The notes under the pieces are model-generated. The model worked only from the letters and a program-made list of their open reading frames with translations. It was not told where the DNA came from and did not search any database. Positions 36,701-44,806 of a DNA stretch of 57,486 bases are shown here, in pieces. How positions within the stretch are numbered: the first letter of the stretch is position 1; the number at the start of each line of letters is the position of its first letter. A program made the position numbers and the translations under genes. This stretch comes from a virus (taxonomy: Duplodnaviria > Caudoviricetes), in IMG/VR virus record IMGVR_UViG_3300042298_002341, positions 1-57,486 of that record; one strand, 5' to 3'.

Positions 36701-39691
36701 GGGCGTCGAGGACACGCAAGCAACGAATCGGTTATCGCGTCTTTGCGCGTTATTGACGAAGATGACGACATAGCGTTTGAGTACCCAAAGCGTGTTGGCG
36801 CAGTAATGTTGGAGAACATCTATCGAGTAGACAAAGGCGAAACCGGACGAGCTACTCCACTACTGCAGTCAATAGCCAACTGGGCAGACGCTAACGGTAA
36901 AAAACTGGTGTTGATGCCGTCTGGGGAGATTGCTAACTCCAGAGCCGCGTTAAAAAATTGGTATGAACGCAACGGCTTTGTTTCAAAAGCGGACGGAGCC
37001 ATGGAACGTGAACCTGTCCGACGTGTTCTTGCTTCTGCCGTACGCGCGCGTGGCATCAACGCTGTGATGAACGGCGTCTTCCCCGGCACCAAGCCGGTTG
37101 CTGCGGCCAGTGTCGGTTCTGATGTCGCGGATGCGGTCTCGCGGGTTGTGGGGCGCAACGCCTCGCTGGGGGACAAGTACACAGCCTTCACTGCCGGCCT
37201 CACCGTGCGGCAGGCCATGTTGGATCGGTGGGCGTCTGTCGAGCACATCCTCAAGCAAGGCATCGCCAAAGGCAAGATCGACGAGACGCGTGCCCTGCAG
37301 CTGCGCGTTAACATGCGACTGCACGACCAAGTCAACCAGATCACGAGCGCTGGCCTGACGCGTGGTGGCATTCAGTTGACAACGGACAAAGAAAGCAAGG
37401 GGGTCAAGTACGTCGAGGCAGTTGGCGGAGCCAACGCCATCCAGATGGCCAACGCGCTGCGCAAAGCCAAGGTAGGCAACGAGCAGTTCACCGAGCAGCT
37501 GTTCACGACGTGGCTCGCTGTCAAACGCGCCGAGTCCATGGAGGGCGGCTACCGCAAGCTGAACTTCGGTGTTGATGCGAAGGGCAATCGCCTGTTTGAC
37601 GCGCAAGACGGTGCAGCCATCAAGGCAAAGGTCAACTCCGACCCCGCCACGCGTGAGGCGTTCGAGGAGGCTCGGCGCATCTACCGCGAGTACAACGACG
37701 GTCTCATCACGCTGCTTGAAAAGTCTGGTGTGATCGACTCGACCAAAGCGGCGGAACTGAAGAAGGGCGACTTCGTTCCGTTCTATCGCATCTCGGGCGA
37801 CGTGGTGGAACTCGACATCGGCGCGTCGCGTCCTGTCACCATCGGCAACGTCATCGACCAGCCCTACCTGCGCGAGCTTGTGGGCGGCGAAGACAAGATC
37901 ATGCCTGTGTTCTCCAGCATGGCGCGCAACACCGGGCTGCTGGTGCAGCTGTCCCTGCGCAATCTGCAGGCCAAAGACGTGGCCAACATGCTGCAAGAGA
38001 CGGGGCTTGCCACCATCGTCTCCAAGCGCATTGAACAGAACGGACGCATCATTCGGTTCAAGTACGGCGGCAAAGAGTGGTCTGCTGTGCTTGACGCTGC
38101 GGCTTTCAAAGAGCAGGGCCTGACGCCTGAGATGGTTGTGCAGGGGCTGCAGGGCGTGAAGACCGCCATCCCTGCGGTGGTTCAAGCGATGTCCTACCCG
38201 GCGTCGCTGCTGCGCAAGTCCATCACACGCACGCCTGTCTACGTCGTGCGGCAGATGATCCGTGACCCGCTCAACGCGTGGCTCACCACAGGCGGGGACA
38301 TCAACCCGCTGAAAGTGGCGGCGGGCGGCATCAAGAACATGTTCTCGACCAAGTCCACGAAGACAGAGGACACGCTCAGCCGGGCCGGCGTAGTCAGCAG
38401 CCACGTCTTCAGCAACAGCCCTGAGGATGTGGCGCGCATCCTCCAGCAGATCACCGCTGGCGGGTCGAACTGGAACGCGGCCATGGCCAAGCTCGATGGC
38501 ATGGCTCTGAAGGCTGACGCGCAGACGCGGGCGGCGGTCTACGACAACTTCCGCAACAAGGGCATGACGCACGTCGAGGCGCTGCTCAACACGCTGGAGT
38601 CGATGAACTTCACGCGGCGCGGAACCTCCGCGTCGATGCTGTGGCTCTCGACCATCATCCCGTTCTTCAACGCACAGGTGCAGGGCCTCGACATCTTCTA
38701 CCGCGCGCTGCGCGGCGACGTGCCCTACGAGCAGAAGATGCACGCCCGCGCTGAACTGCTGAGGCGCGGTGCGATGGTTGCCGCCGGCACCATGGTCTAT
38801 GCCCTGCTGATGCAGGAAGATGAGTCCTACAAGAACGCGACGCCGGAGGAGCGGGCCATGAGTTGGTTCGTGCCCATCCCCGGCGGCGGGTCGTTGCGCG
38901 TGCCCATCCCGTTCGAGTTCGGCATGCTCTTCAAGTCGCTGCCTGAGGCGCTCATCAACACCGCGTTCGGCGACACGCGCGTCTCCGAGGCCATGGGGGC
39001 GCTGGCCAAGCAGCTGACGATGTCCAGCCCGCTCTCGCTGCCCACCGCCATCCAGCCGATCATCGAGCTTACGGCGAACTACAGCTTCTTCACCGACCAG
39101 CCCATCGAGTCTGCGCGTGAGCGCAACCTCACGCCGGGCGAGCGCTTCCGTCAGAACACGTCGGAGATCGCCAAGCTCATCGGTGGAACCCTGAACGTCT
39201 CGCCCATCGCCATTGAGCACCTCGTGCGCGGCTACACCGGCTCGACCGGCATCCTCGCTTTGTCGCTGATAAATCCGATACTGCGCCCGTTCTCTGCCCA
39301 AGAGATGGGGGAGCGTCCCGAGCGATCGCTGAGCGAACTGCCCATGATCGGCTCGCTGGTGCAGCCCGAGAACGGCCGAGGGCTCATCAACGCGGCGTTC
39401 GACGACATCAACCGCATCCAGCGTGCAGCCAGCACCTACCGGGAGATGATCGAGTCTGGGCGGGTGGACGACGCCCAGTCGTTCGCTGAGCGCTTCTCGC
39501 GTGAGATGGCGCTGACCTCTACCGGCGGTGCGTTCCGCCAGCAGATGGGTGAGCTTGCTCAGCAGAAGCGGATGATCGCAGCCAGCGCCGGCCTGTCAGG
39601 CGAGCAGAAGCGTGCTCAGATCGACGAGATCAAGAAGCTGGAGATCATGATGGCGCGCCAGATCCGCGATCTGGTCAACGCGTCCGAGTGA
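30701..39691 (+). CDS. Giant polyvalent virion protein (FtsK-gamma-like, zincin, GNAT-like and LPD38-like domains)
   Basis: 2996 aa. KASVSSIQQALTIGY..AAKLLKQMEEAGVVS (~32200-32370), LLHEAAH (~36310), LKNWYERNGF (~36960), WFVPIP...RVPIPFEFG (~38860-38920). Confidence 0.85.
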   Translation: MQTYDVKGPDGRIYRFKGPEGVPQEELEAAARREYLRQPAPDKSKEGFFAAAKAGTQRLAGEAALTAGKMGIIEPERAEQIYAAQQQRAAERFRPTEDSWLESPLLKLKELAGGSVPYMMAPVAVGGLGALAATGVGAPAAAGIAALGGAGLTSLTQFTGSNLARNVEEGKRLAETSGAGAVAAAIPQAALDVVSLRMLPGIGRIFNRAGVEISEETAHRIAQQKLRERVADYTLATGKAAGIEGTTEAAQQVLERLQAGLSITDADARKEYFESFIGGAVLGGAIAPVGTALDRGRAVREGTRMGEERLKTGLEMGPPDLPALLAGPPDLSGAFGPPTWAKGLESAGAPPLKLGLSETPDQRRSRVEQGIAGIEAELQARAQGTEPLTPEQIIALDAQMEPKRQQLEALKQELAEIGPPPPAPPPMASLQQQETKLLQEIEAARGRGDLSLQARLARRLVEVRRLMGKAPTEEAMPTATAETPTPEVPTVETPQPTEAEALYQRAVEAVQASGKASVSSIQQALTIGYKPAAKLLKQMEEAGVVSPPQANGRRTVLQPAQTAEPAEAVKPEPTEALPAPTTPAAETTELTAAAETTAPEPTAPAEKPTKPAKAAQAVAPAEEQAEAPLPEYKTWPPTQEPAEGAPKGEQYWGPPKITPTREKRTDEYERNLLGALRRLTNYFEPRKGINPQTQAVEMMRPEPTEAQVEAVTELLTRGLERGNLRAEAQRATRAQGMADEEPRMRGVNIDAVRELVNDIAKSPEKRQAVQKALRDPAGSDFFDTLSKRLLTRERREYPVRKPSPTPAKADSPVRRLSSAYKQAAGAKLGDEDAALMQQLRPLLPRIATATPEVGDTDTREVVSKWLSSAAQGKASATARAQVAKIVQSYGEKAPPKPTKAQQVAEKKRAEAQAKADKELEQAHAALEKATAPLKEKLAALQDAAAKLVQARDLEGKAAAQKRNEAITGLMKAEKALEQLRLEIAAPFAKQASKVLPGWRAQAMSADYSAAQQLIRVFERATEQAAEQLFTSRSGMTEAQLQNSISLREAISELRQAYESPDSTAQIRSDAVKAVENALTYVRNAGLPNDSVKRIRRFDEMLELADSAAKRYVERMGRFANIQQTLRDIDAARFMALSVQHAVTKGNADRLIEAQEAVVQAKQEADLAQESMNALATQPMEEQLGPLRKEIRQLRAKLDDAVKALSVTRDKKSGPLSGQLGKALLQLNEDVIIAIDPLKPSEMTKTDDGWALNFEERTVRAIMHTASPQAIARLEAKYGKEAREADEQAVRRVYGDVYGADGVTPVSRRRIEFQRGLSPKEEARIAALEEKYADLLAQRFTGDSVNDKLLSEAREAVKAKIETYNNKATERQKKLENAYATMIASRKQLEDAFAQTTTEFNQERDPLLAEKDRLLQELTVERTAEQIKAILGLKKDFSLEVLKARLDASYASRIDKLDAKIKKFEDAYSAKQDKTITELAKVNTAFERDRGVFRTTLPTRAEIAAARGSVTRAAEKKHIDVLRGQIELAMLITHKAVERIAATQHKRRVSSPLMRKLSTLAQFYTGVGRSQKGGDGRGRLLESTRVSERDVPFSAFEIRQINELTDAITGKPALKRSEAQAPYVAGEQPTIKRAAATTLESFLTEAEATVLARTDIKMSEVSSIITDAIDLTTERSSAVGRAFFSGKLNKLLTGPALKGESGSAVEAALRRLYSIAAGETAGTRRPLTEAERLAQDAEFLSSSAVERRAMSVARQQKIAERMKPRPINDEEASALRDDNDFYARQTVNDVSADVQQALESNDLPAALRLLSENASSPENRETARRLLDNIEGVRVVVADEVTLDGKAVEGKYNPQSLTITLDRALLSEETLLHEAAHPATLSSLDAPKGEQAQAARAELEKLYSEVKADPKFAKEYASTDLKEFVSELLSNADLRNKLDAREGLLKRVYRALMRLLGFDTQTASQKAMAQAYKLFQPASAASADKTIGSAGRVKDAAVTFRGRRGHASNESVIASLRVIDEDDDIAFEYPKRVGAVMLENIYRVDKGETGRATPLLQSIANWADANGKKLVLMPSGEIANSRAALKNWYERNGFVSKADGAMEREPVRRVLASAVRARGINAVMNGVFPGTKPVAAASVGSDVADAVSRVVGRNASLGDKYTAFTAGLTVRQAMLDRWASVEHILKQGIAKGKIDETRALQLRVNMRLHDQVNQITSAGLTRGGIQLTTDKESKGVKYVEAVGGANAIQMANALRKAKVGNEQFTEQLFTTWLAVKRAESMEGGYRKLNFGVDAKGNRLFDAQDGAAIKAKVNSDPATREAFEEARRIYREYNDGLITLLEKSGVIDSTKAAELKKGDFVPFYRISGDVVELDIGASRPVTIGNVIDQPYLRELVGGEDKIMPVFSSMARNTGLLVQLSLRNLQAKDVANMLQETGLATIVSKRIEQNGRIIRFKYGGKEWSAVLDAAAFKEQGLTPEMVVQGLQGVKTAIPAVVQAMSYPASLLRKSITRTPVYVVRQMIRDPLNAWLTTGGDINPLKVAAGGIKNMFSTKSTKTEDTLSRAGVVSSHVFSNSPEDVARILQQITAGGSNWNAAMAKLDGMALKADAQTRAAVYDNFRNKGMTHVEALLNTLESMNFTRRGTSASMLWLSTIIPFFNAQVQGLDIFYRALRGDVPYEQKMHARAELLRRGAMVAAGTMVYALLMQEDESYKNATPEERAMSWFVPIPGGGSLRVPIPFEFGMLFKSLPEALINTAFGDTRVSEAMGALAKQLTMSSPLSLPTAIQPIIELTANYSFFTDQPIESARERNLTPGERFRQNTSEIAKLIGGTLNVSPIAIEHLVRGYTGSTGILALSLINPILRPFSAQEMGERPERSLSELPMIGSLVQPENGRGLINAAFDDINRIQRAASTYREMIESGRVDDAQSFAERFSREMALTSTGGAFRQQMGELAQQKRMIAASAGLSGEQKRAQIDEIKKLEIMMARQIRDLVNASE

Positions 39692-39863
39692 AGAGCACGC
39701 CCAGCTTGCCCTTGTGGATGACGTAGCGCACGGTGAGTCTGTAGCGGAAAGGGAGCGCGGTTGCAAAGCCGCGCTCCTTCACGCCATTCAAGTCAAGACA
39801 GGGGATGAAGAGGCTCTGGCCTACCTCAACGCGATCCCACGGAAAGCGTACTTGAGTCTTCAT
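39675..39863 (-). CDS. Small protein, FPW..EVGQSLF type
   Basis: 62 aa; resembles 56059-56322; overlaps the primase 3' end and converges on the giant gene. Confidence 0.6.
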   Translation of the reverse strand: MKTQVRFPWDRVEVGQSLFIPCLDLNGVKERGFATALPFRYRLTVRYVIHKGKLGVLFTRTR

Positions 39864-42846
39864 CGAGTCGATCCTTGGGCACCGTAAGGTGCATGGTCAG
39901 CACCCGTAGCGCCGGTCCATCCACACGCGCAAGCATGTCCTTGCGCACATTGAAACGAACATGCACGCCCTCAGTGTGCATCGCTTGCAGCCCACGCTTC
40001 AGATCAGCAAAGCCAAAGCTCATAGCCGCACAGTGCTGACGCAGCAGCTGCTCTTCAACGAAGAAGTCCACTAGGTGAGTGTGCGTCACCCCGTGCTCAA
40101 CCCTGCCCATGACGTTGGCTTTGGTTGAGGTCTTGCCGGTGATATCGACGCCAAGGTCCGTGAGCAGATCGCCTTCGCTGCTGCGACGGACCACCACGAA
40201 GCGCCCGTGGTACTCGCGAATGTAGGCGTTGAGCACGTCCTCGGCAGACCGAATCGACGCCTTGTAGCTGACGCGTGCGGCCTGCACCAGCGACTTGAGC
40301 GCCCCGACGACGGGCTTGATGGGTACGGACAGCAGCTGCGTGTAGTTCTCTCCCAGCAGGATTGTGGCGGTCAGGATGTTGGTGCAGGCTGCGTGCCAGA
40401 TACGCTCCTCATCAGTGAACGCGAACTCGTTGCGAACCCGTGTGTGCACCTGCGCCCAGAGATCAGCAACCTTCCGGTAGTTGGACACGCAGTAGCGTAT
40501 CCACTGCTCACCCGCCACGCCGTAGTTTGACCGCAGCATCTGCAGAACCGCCCGCTCTCGGTCGTCGAACTGCAGTTCTTTCGACGGAGTCCACTCCAGC
40601 ATACGCATGAGTTCGCCATGCGATGAGTGCTTGCGACTGCCAGTCAGCAGATCGATCATGTGCACGTTCGATGTGAGCGTGCAAGTTGAAGACCACGTCG
40701 AGTTGTTCAGCCGTTCCTTGTTGGAGCTAGACTCCATGCGCTCCTTGCCCTGACCCTCCGCGAAGTCGAAGATGAAGGCGGGGGCCCACTCCACGTCATT
40801 GCGGGCCTTGGACGTGATCTCGTCGCTGAGCAGCGGCAGGCTGTTCAGCAGGCCAGCGCGTTGCTGCATGGCCACGGGCGAGGTGCCTTTGCTGGTGCGG
40901 TAGCGGATGGGGTGGCCCCACACGCCGGCCTTCAGCGAGAGCGTGAGCGACTTGCCGGTGCCCGACGCCGTGGACCCGATGTGCCACACAAAGCCCTCGT
41001 GGTTGCTGAAGTGCATCAGCGTCGAGCCGAAGCTGTCGATGCACAGCGCCAGCATCGTCCACATCTCGCGGTCGATCAGCAAGTTCCACGGACGCCGCCA
41101 ATCCTCCACCGTACCCCGCGCCTGCGTGACGCGGTTCAGGTTCTCCAGCCCCGGCATGGGCACGATGTGCTCCGTGCCGTCAGGACGGAAGACGCGGTTG
41201 TTGTAGACGAAGGTGCGATCACGCTGCCAGCCAAACTGCACCGGCACGTCGAGCGGCTTCTTGTTCTGCGACGCTTCATTCACACAGGCGCGAACATAGC
41301 CAAACAGGTGCACATCCATGGCCGACCCACGCGACGCGTAGATGTTGTGCGCGGCCAGACACTTGAGAAGGTCGTCACGCGATACGACGGCCTTCGTCGG
41401 CATGATGATCGAGATGTAGTCTTTACCATTGCCGTCTGGCGTAGGCTTGATCGCCATCATGTGTACGCGATGCTCGCCGTCTTCCATCTTGAGCAGATCG
41501 ACGACAAACAGGTCATGGGAGAGCACTTCCACCTTTGTCTTGATTGTCACACCGGAGGCGTCGGTCTCCTTCACCTCCACATACACGCCACCGCGCTCAC
41601 CGTACATGTAGCCACGCGGTGGTGAGGGGATCTCCACTTTGCGCGTCTGCAGGACACCGGGGCCGTCGTCTTCATCGTCGTCAAGCACCGGCTCGGGTGC
41701 GTTGTCGTCCTTCAGCGTGTTCGTCGGGACGATGATCTGTCGCGGCTCAACGTGCGTCAACACGTCACGGCCCAGCGCCAACGCGTTGGTGATCTTGCCC
41801 CAGTGCGGGCAGCTGGGGCAGACGCCGGGGTTCTCCGAGTCCATCTTGATGCACGGGTACGGCCCCTTGATCTCCGCGAGCTTGGCGTGCATCCGATGCT
41901 CGGGGTAGGGGTGCAGGGCGCTCAGTTCCCGTGACGCCTCGTCGCCGTCCACGCAGACCTTCGTCCACGAGAGCAGTCCACGCCACAGCGGCTCCATGCC
42001 GTCGTCCGACGCGTTCTTGCTGTAGTGGGCCAGCTGGCCGCACCCATCCCCGCGCTCGGTGCGCAGCATGATGGTCTTGAAGTGCGTCGTCACATTGCCC
42101 AGCAAAGCCTCGGCGGCGGCGCTGCGCCGCTGCTGCGCACGGCTGGGGGCCGTGCCTTCCAACGACACCCCGTGCGCCACGAAGCTGTTGCTGATGGGCG
42201 CGTAGCGCTCCGACAGTTGGGCGCGGACGATGGCGCTGAATCGGCGCAGATCGACCGGACCCGTGCCCTCCTGCAGCAGCTTGACCCGGCGCGGCGTGCC
42301 GTACACCTTCTTGTGATTCAGCGTGTCCGGGACGCGCAGAATCCGCGCCGCATCCGCAGTGGCGGTCATGTCGATGTGGAAGCCTTCCTGCACGCACAGG
42401 CGCTTGAAGTTTTCAGCGATAGGCTTCCATGTGACGATGTCCACCGGCTCCGTCAGCGGCCAATAGCAGTGAAGCCCCCCGCCCGATGAAATGACGTGGG
42501 GTTTGCCTAGCTCAGCCAGACCCGTCTGGTCAATGAAATCATAGAGAGCAGCGCCTGCTTCTGCCTTAGTGTCATACTTGTCGATGTCGATGTAGATGGC
42601 CTTGATGGCTCGCGCGTTCTTGGCTGTTCGGCGTTCCTTCCGCATGTGCTCGACGGCGGGGTCGAATGTCGCCATTGCGAAGTAGATGTCATAGTCGGCC
42701 TTGTACCAGCGCTTGATGTGTGGGGATAGCTCCTCCAGTGTGTGAGTAAAGACATGGTACTTCCGTTCACCCGATATGGCTGCTGCGCAGTACATCCCAT
42801 TTCCGAGAGGCGGCAGCACGTCGGCCATTAGCTCCAAAGCACGCAT
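39826..42846 (-). CDS. Primase-helicase (AEP-like primase, Zn finger, DUF927-like helicase)
   Basis: YIDID, SSGGGLHCYW, RILRVPDTLNHK, CPSC, Walker A ASGTGKS, Walker B LLSDE. Confidence 0.85.
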   Translation of the reverse strand: MRALELMADVLPPLGNGMYCAAAISGERKYHVFTHTLEELSPHIKRWYKADYDIYFAMATFDPAVEHMRKERRTAKNARAIKAIYIDIDKYDTKAEAGAALYDFIDQTGLAELGKPHVISSGGGLHCYWPLTEPVDIVTWKPIAENFKRLCVQEGFHIDMTATADAARILRVPDTLNHKKVYGTPRRVKLLQEGTGPVDLRRFSAIVRAQLSERYAPISNSFVAHGVSLEGTAPSRAQQRRSAAAEALLGNVTTHFKTIMLRTERGDGCGQLAHYSKNASDDGMEPLWRGLLSWTKVCVDGDEASRELSALHPYPEHRMHAKLAEIKGPYPCIKMDSENPGVCPSCPHWGKITNALALGRDVLTHVEPRQIIVPTNTLKDDNAPEPVLDDDEDDGPGVLQTRKVEIPSPPRGYMYGERGGVYVEVKETDASGVTIKTKVEVLSHDLFVVDLLKMEDGEHRVHMMAIKPTPDGNGKDYISIIMPTKAVVSRDDLLKCLAAHNIYASRGSAMDVHLFGYVRACVNEASQNKKPLDVPVQFGWQRDRTFVYNNRVFRPDGTEHIVPMPGLENLNRVTQARGTVEDWRRPWNLLIDREMWTMLALCIDSFGSTLMHFSNHEGFVWHIGSTASGTGKSLTLSLKAGVWGHPIRYRTSKGTSPVAMQQRAGLLNSLPLLSDEITSKARNDVEWAPAFIFDFAEGQGKERMESSSNKERLNNSTWSSTCTLTSNVHMIDLLTGSRKHSSHGELMRMLEWTPSKELQFDDRERAVLQMLRSNYGVAGEQWIRYCVSNYRKVADLWAQVHTRVRNEFAFTDEERIWHAACTNILTATILLGENYTQLLSVPIKPVVGALKSLVQAARVSYKASIRSAEDVLNAYIREYHGRFVVVRRSSEGDLLTDLGVDITGKTSTKANVMGRVEHGVTHTHLVDFFVEEQLLRQHCAAMSFGFADLKRGLQAMHTEGVHVRFNVRKDMLARVDGPALRVLTMHLTVPKDRLDEDSSTLSVGSR

Positions 42847-42851
42847 TGTTC

Positions 42852-42992
42852 TTACCGATCATCGTCAAGCGTCGCCTCCAGCCTCTCGAATAGCTCTTCG
42901 ACCCACCCATCGGGCGCTTCTTCGGAGCCAATCAAGGGCGCGAAATGCTTCAGGTCTTCGTCTGAAAGTCCCTCAGGCTGAACTCCGTGCAT
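42852..42992 (-). CDS. Small acidic protein (46 aa)
   Basis: GGAGAG RBS; MHGVQPEGLSDEDLKHFA...WVEELFERLE. Confidence 0.55.
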   Translation of the reverse strand: MHGVQPEGLSDEDLKHFAPLIGSEEAPDGWVEELFERLEATLDDDR

Positions 42993-43240
42993 ATGGCTCT
43001 CCATGCGTCTTGTGTTGTCTGGGCCGCTTGCAGGCAGCGCACTATGCGCTCGACCTTGGGGCGGTATGTCGGGGTCACGTCCTTGCCGTGCATCCAGTTG
43101 TACACGGTTTGACGCGTGGCACCTGTGGCCTCTTGCAGAAGCGTCACAGGGATGTCGTGGTAGATCGCCCAGCGCCCTAGACGAACGCCTAGCGTGACGG
43201 GCAGCGATTGAACTTTGTCGATGAAGGCTTGGCGGTACAT
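42950..43240 (-). CDS. HTH DNA-binding protein
   Basis: IPVTLLQEATGATRQTVYNWMHG is an Xre/Cro-like HTH. Confidence 0.75.
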   Translation of the reverse strand: MYRQAFIDKVQSLPVTLGVRLGRWAIYHDIPVTLLQEATGATRQTVYNWMHGKDVTPTYRPKVERIVRCLQAAQTTQDAWRAICTEFSLRDFQTKT

Positions 43241-43248
43241 GGCTGGCG

Positions 43249-43271
43249 GGGGCTGCGCTTAGCGCAGCCCC
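43249..43271. other. Intergenic GC-rich hairpin without a U-tract
   Basis: GGGGCTGCGC-TTA-GCGCAGCCCC between the SSB-like and HTH genes. Confidence 0.6.
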
Positions 43272-43281
43272 GCTGCTCCTC

Positions 43282-44316
43282 TTACTCGTCGTCCCAGTCG
43301 GACAGGGCCTTGGCCAGATCGGCCTTGGGCGGGGCGCTCGGCTTGGCGGCAGGCTTGCGCACACCCGGCTCCTCAGCGTCTTCATCGTCTGCCACGGGCG
43401 CAGCCTTCTTCGCCTTGGGCGGGGGCACAGGCTCGTCATCCTCCACCACAGGCGCGGGCTTCTTAGCCTTGGGCGGGGGCACAGGCTCGTCATCCTCCAC
43501 CACGGGCGCAGCCTTCTTGGCCTTGGGCGGCGGGACATCGTCCTCGATGACCGCCTTGGTGGCCTTCGGCGGCGTCCCATCGATCTCAGCCGGCGCGACG
43601 TTGTCTTGCTTGGCGACCGTCATGGTGACCGCCTTCAGCGCCTCCTCGGAGCCGGCCTTCTCCTCCACCGTGGCGTACTCGTCGTCCGACAGCCAGCGCA
43701 TGGCCTTGAAGACCAGCTTGGGATTGTCAGCATCAAGGTCGAAGCGCATGCGGGTGACGACCGTCTCGGGGTTGATACGTTGCGCGGCGAGCCAGCGAGC
43801 GTACTCCTGAAGCGGGCGCTTGTCTCCCTTGGCTTCGCCAAACAGCGACGTTGCCGGCAGAGCCAGCTGCATGACTGCGCCCTCGATGTCGTTGGCCAGC
43901 ACCACCGCGATGCGCTGCTGGTAGCGGCAGGCGCGGCTGTTGCCTTGCCCCGACCCGGCCACGTTCTGCGGGCACGACGCGCACGTCTTCGCCTGCGGCG
44001 ACGCCGAATCAGGGCTGGGGGTGTCCCCGTCAGCCGACCAGCAGTCCGGCGCTGCCGAGTTTTCGGGGTCGTACTTGGCGGCGTACCACACGCGGCCGAC
44101 CTTGGGCGCGGCCTTGATGACCACCACGTCGAGATAGCGCTCCTCAATGGAGGCAATCTCCTTGCCGTTGTCGAGCAGGCGGAACACACCGGCTGCGATG
44201 GAGATGCGCTTGCCACCAGCACCGCTGCCCGCGAGGGCCTTGGCGGTTTCAGAAAGCTCGGCTTTGCGCGCGAACGCGGGCACCTGCGACGGGTTGAACT
44301 GAACGACTGCGTTCAT
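43282..44316 (-). CDS. ssDNA-binding-like protein with acidic-aromatic tail
   Basis: 344 aa; PDCWS, CASC, RACRY; low-complexity tail ending SDWDDE; in the replication module. Confidence 0.6.
   Translation of the reverse strand: MNAVVQFNPSQVPAFARKAELSETAKALAGSGAGGKRISIAAGVFRLLDNGKEIASIEERYLDVVVIKAAPKVGRVWYAAKYDPENSAAPDCWSADGDTPSPDSASPQAKTCASCPQNVAGSGQGNSRACRYQQRIAVVLANDIEGAVMQLALPATSLFGEAKGDKRPLQEYARWLAAQRINPETVVTRMRFDLDADNPKLVFKAMRWLSDDEYATVEEKAGSEEALKAVTMTVAKQDNVAPAEIDGTPPKATKAVIEDDVPPPKAKKAAPVVEDDEPVPPPKAKKPAPVVEDDEPVPPPKAKKAAPVADDEDAEEPGVRKPAAKPSAPPKADLAKALSDWDDE
43381..43552 (-). repeat. About three 54-bp coding tandem repeats (PPPKAKKAAPVVEDDEPV)
   Basis: Visible in both DNA and protein. 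Confidence 0.85.
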
Positions 44317-44323
44317 GAAATCC

Positions 44324-44740
44324 TCACTTGGACGGTTTACGGACAGAGATCGTGTACTCCGAATTGCTGTTCAGCCCCGGAGGTACGAGCGTTGGGTTTG
44401 CTTCCAGAAACTGCGACATGTTCTTCTGACTGATGCGTTTCTCCAGTAGGTCAAGTGCATCGTGTTGCACAACGAACTGCTTGAACGCATCCCAGTCTTG
44501 CGCGTGGTAGCGTGTCTGCAGGCCGAGAATGACCGTGCCATGTGCAGTGTTGGCGCTCTTCACGCCCATGCCGAGCAGCCGGTCTTTCAGTTCGTTACGC
44601 ACAGCGTCGCGCTGTACGGTGAGTTGCGCGACCTCCGCATCATATGCTGCGGTCAACTCTTGAATGCGCCCTTGGATCTTGCGATACACACGGGCGAGCT
44701 TGTCCAGCGGCACTTCGTCCGCGTTCGGTACATCTGACAT
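44324..44740 (-). CDS. Hypothetical replication-module protein
   Basis: 138 aa; coiled coil, then TAHGT, DWDAF, LLEKRI, PPGL; GAGG RBS. Confidence 0.8.
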   Translation of the reverse strand: MSDVPNADEVPLDKLARVYRKIQGRIQELTAAYDAEVAQLTVQRDAVRNELKDRLLGMGVKSANTAHGTVILGLQTRYHAQDWDAFKQFVVQHDALDLLEKRISQKNMSQFLEANPTLVPPGLNSNSEYTISVRKPSK

Positions 44741-44778
44741 TGTCCTCTCCTAAACGGTCGGTGGGTCCGACCCGCGAA

Positions 44779-44806
44779 AGTCTACGCTTTGTAAAGAGTT
44801 TGTCAA
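44779..44806 (-). promoter_or_regulatory. Sigma70-like promoter
   Basis: TTGACA-16 nt-TAGACT on the minus strand, upstream of the gene starting at 44740. Confidence 0.6.

Noticed and set aside
36983-39301. 772-aa minus-strand ORF
   Set aside because: Antisense shadow of the giant gene, expected from strong GC3 bias; no motifs or RBS.
42993-43580. Upstream part of the 242-aa ORF 42852-43580
   Set aside because: Alternate-frame read of the SSB-like repeats and HTH gene; only the last 46 codons have an RBS and look protein-like.
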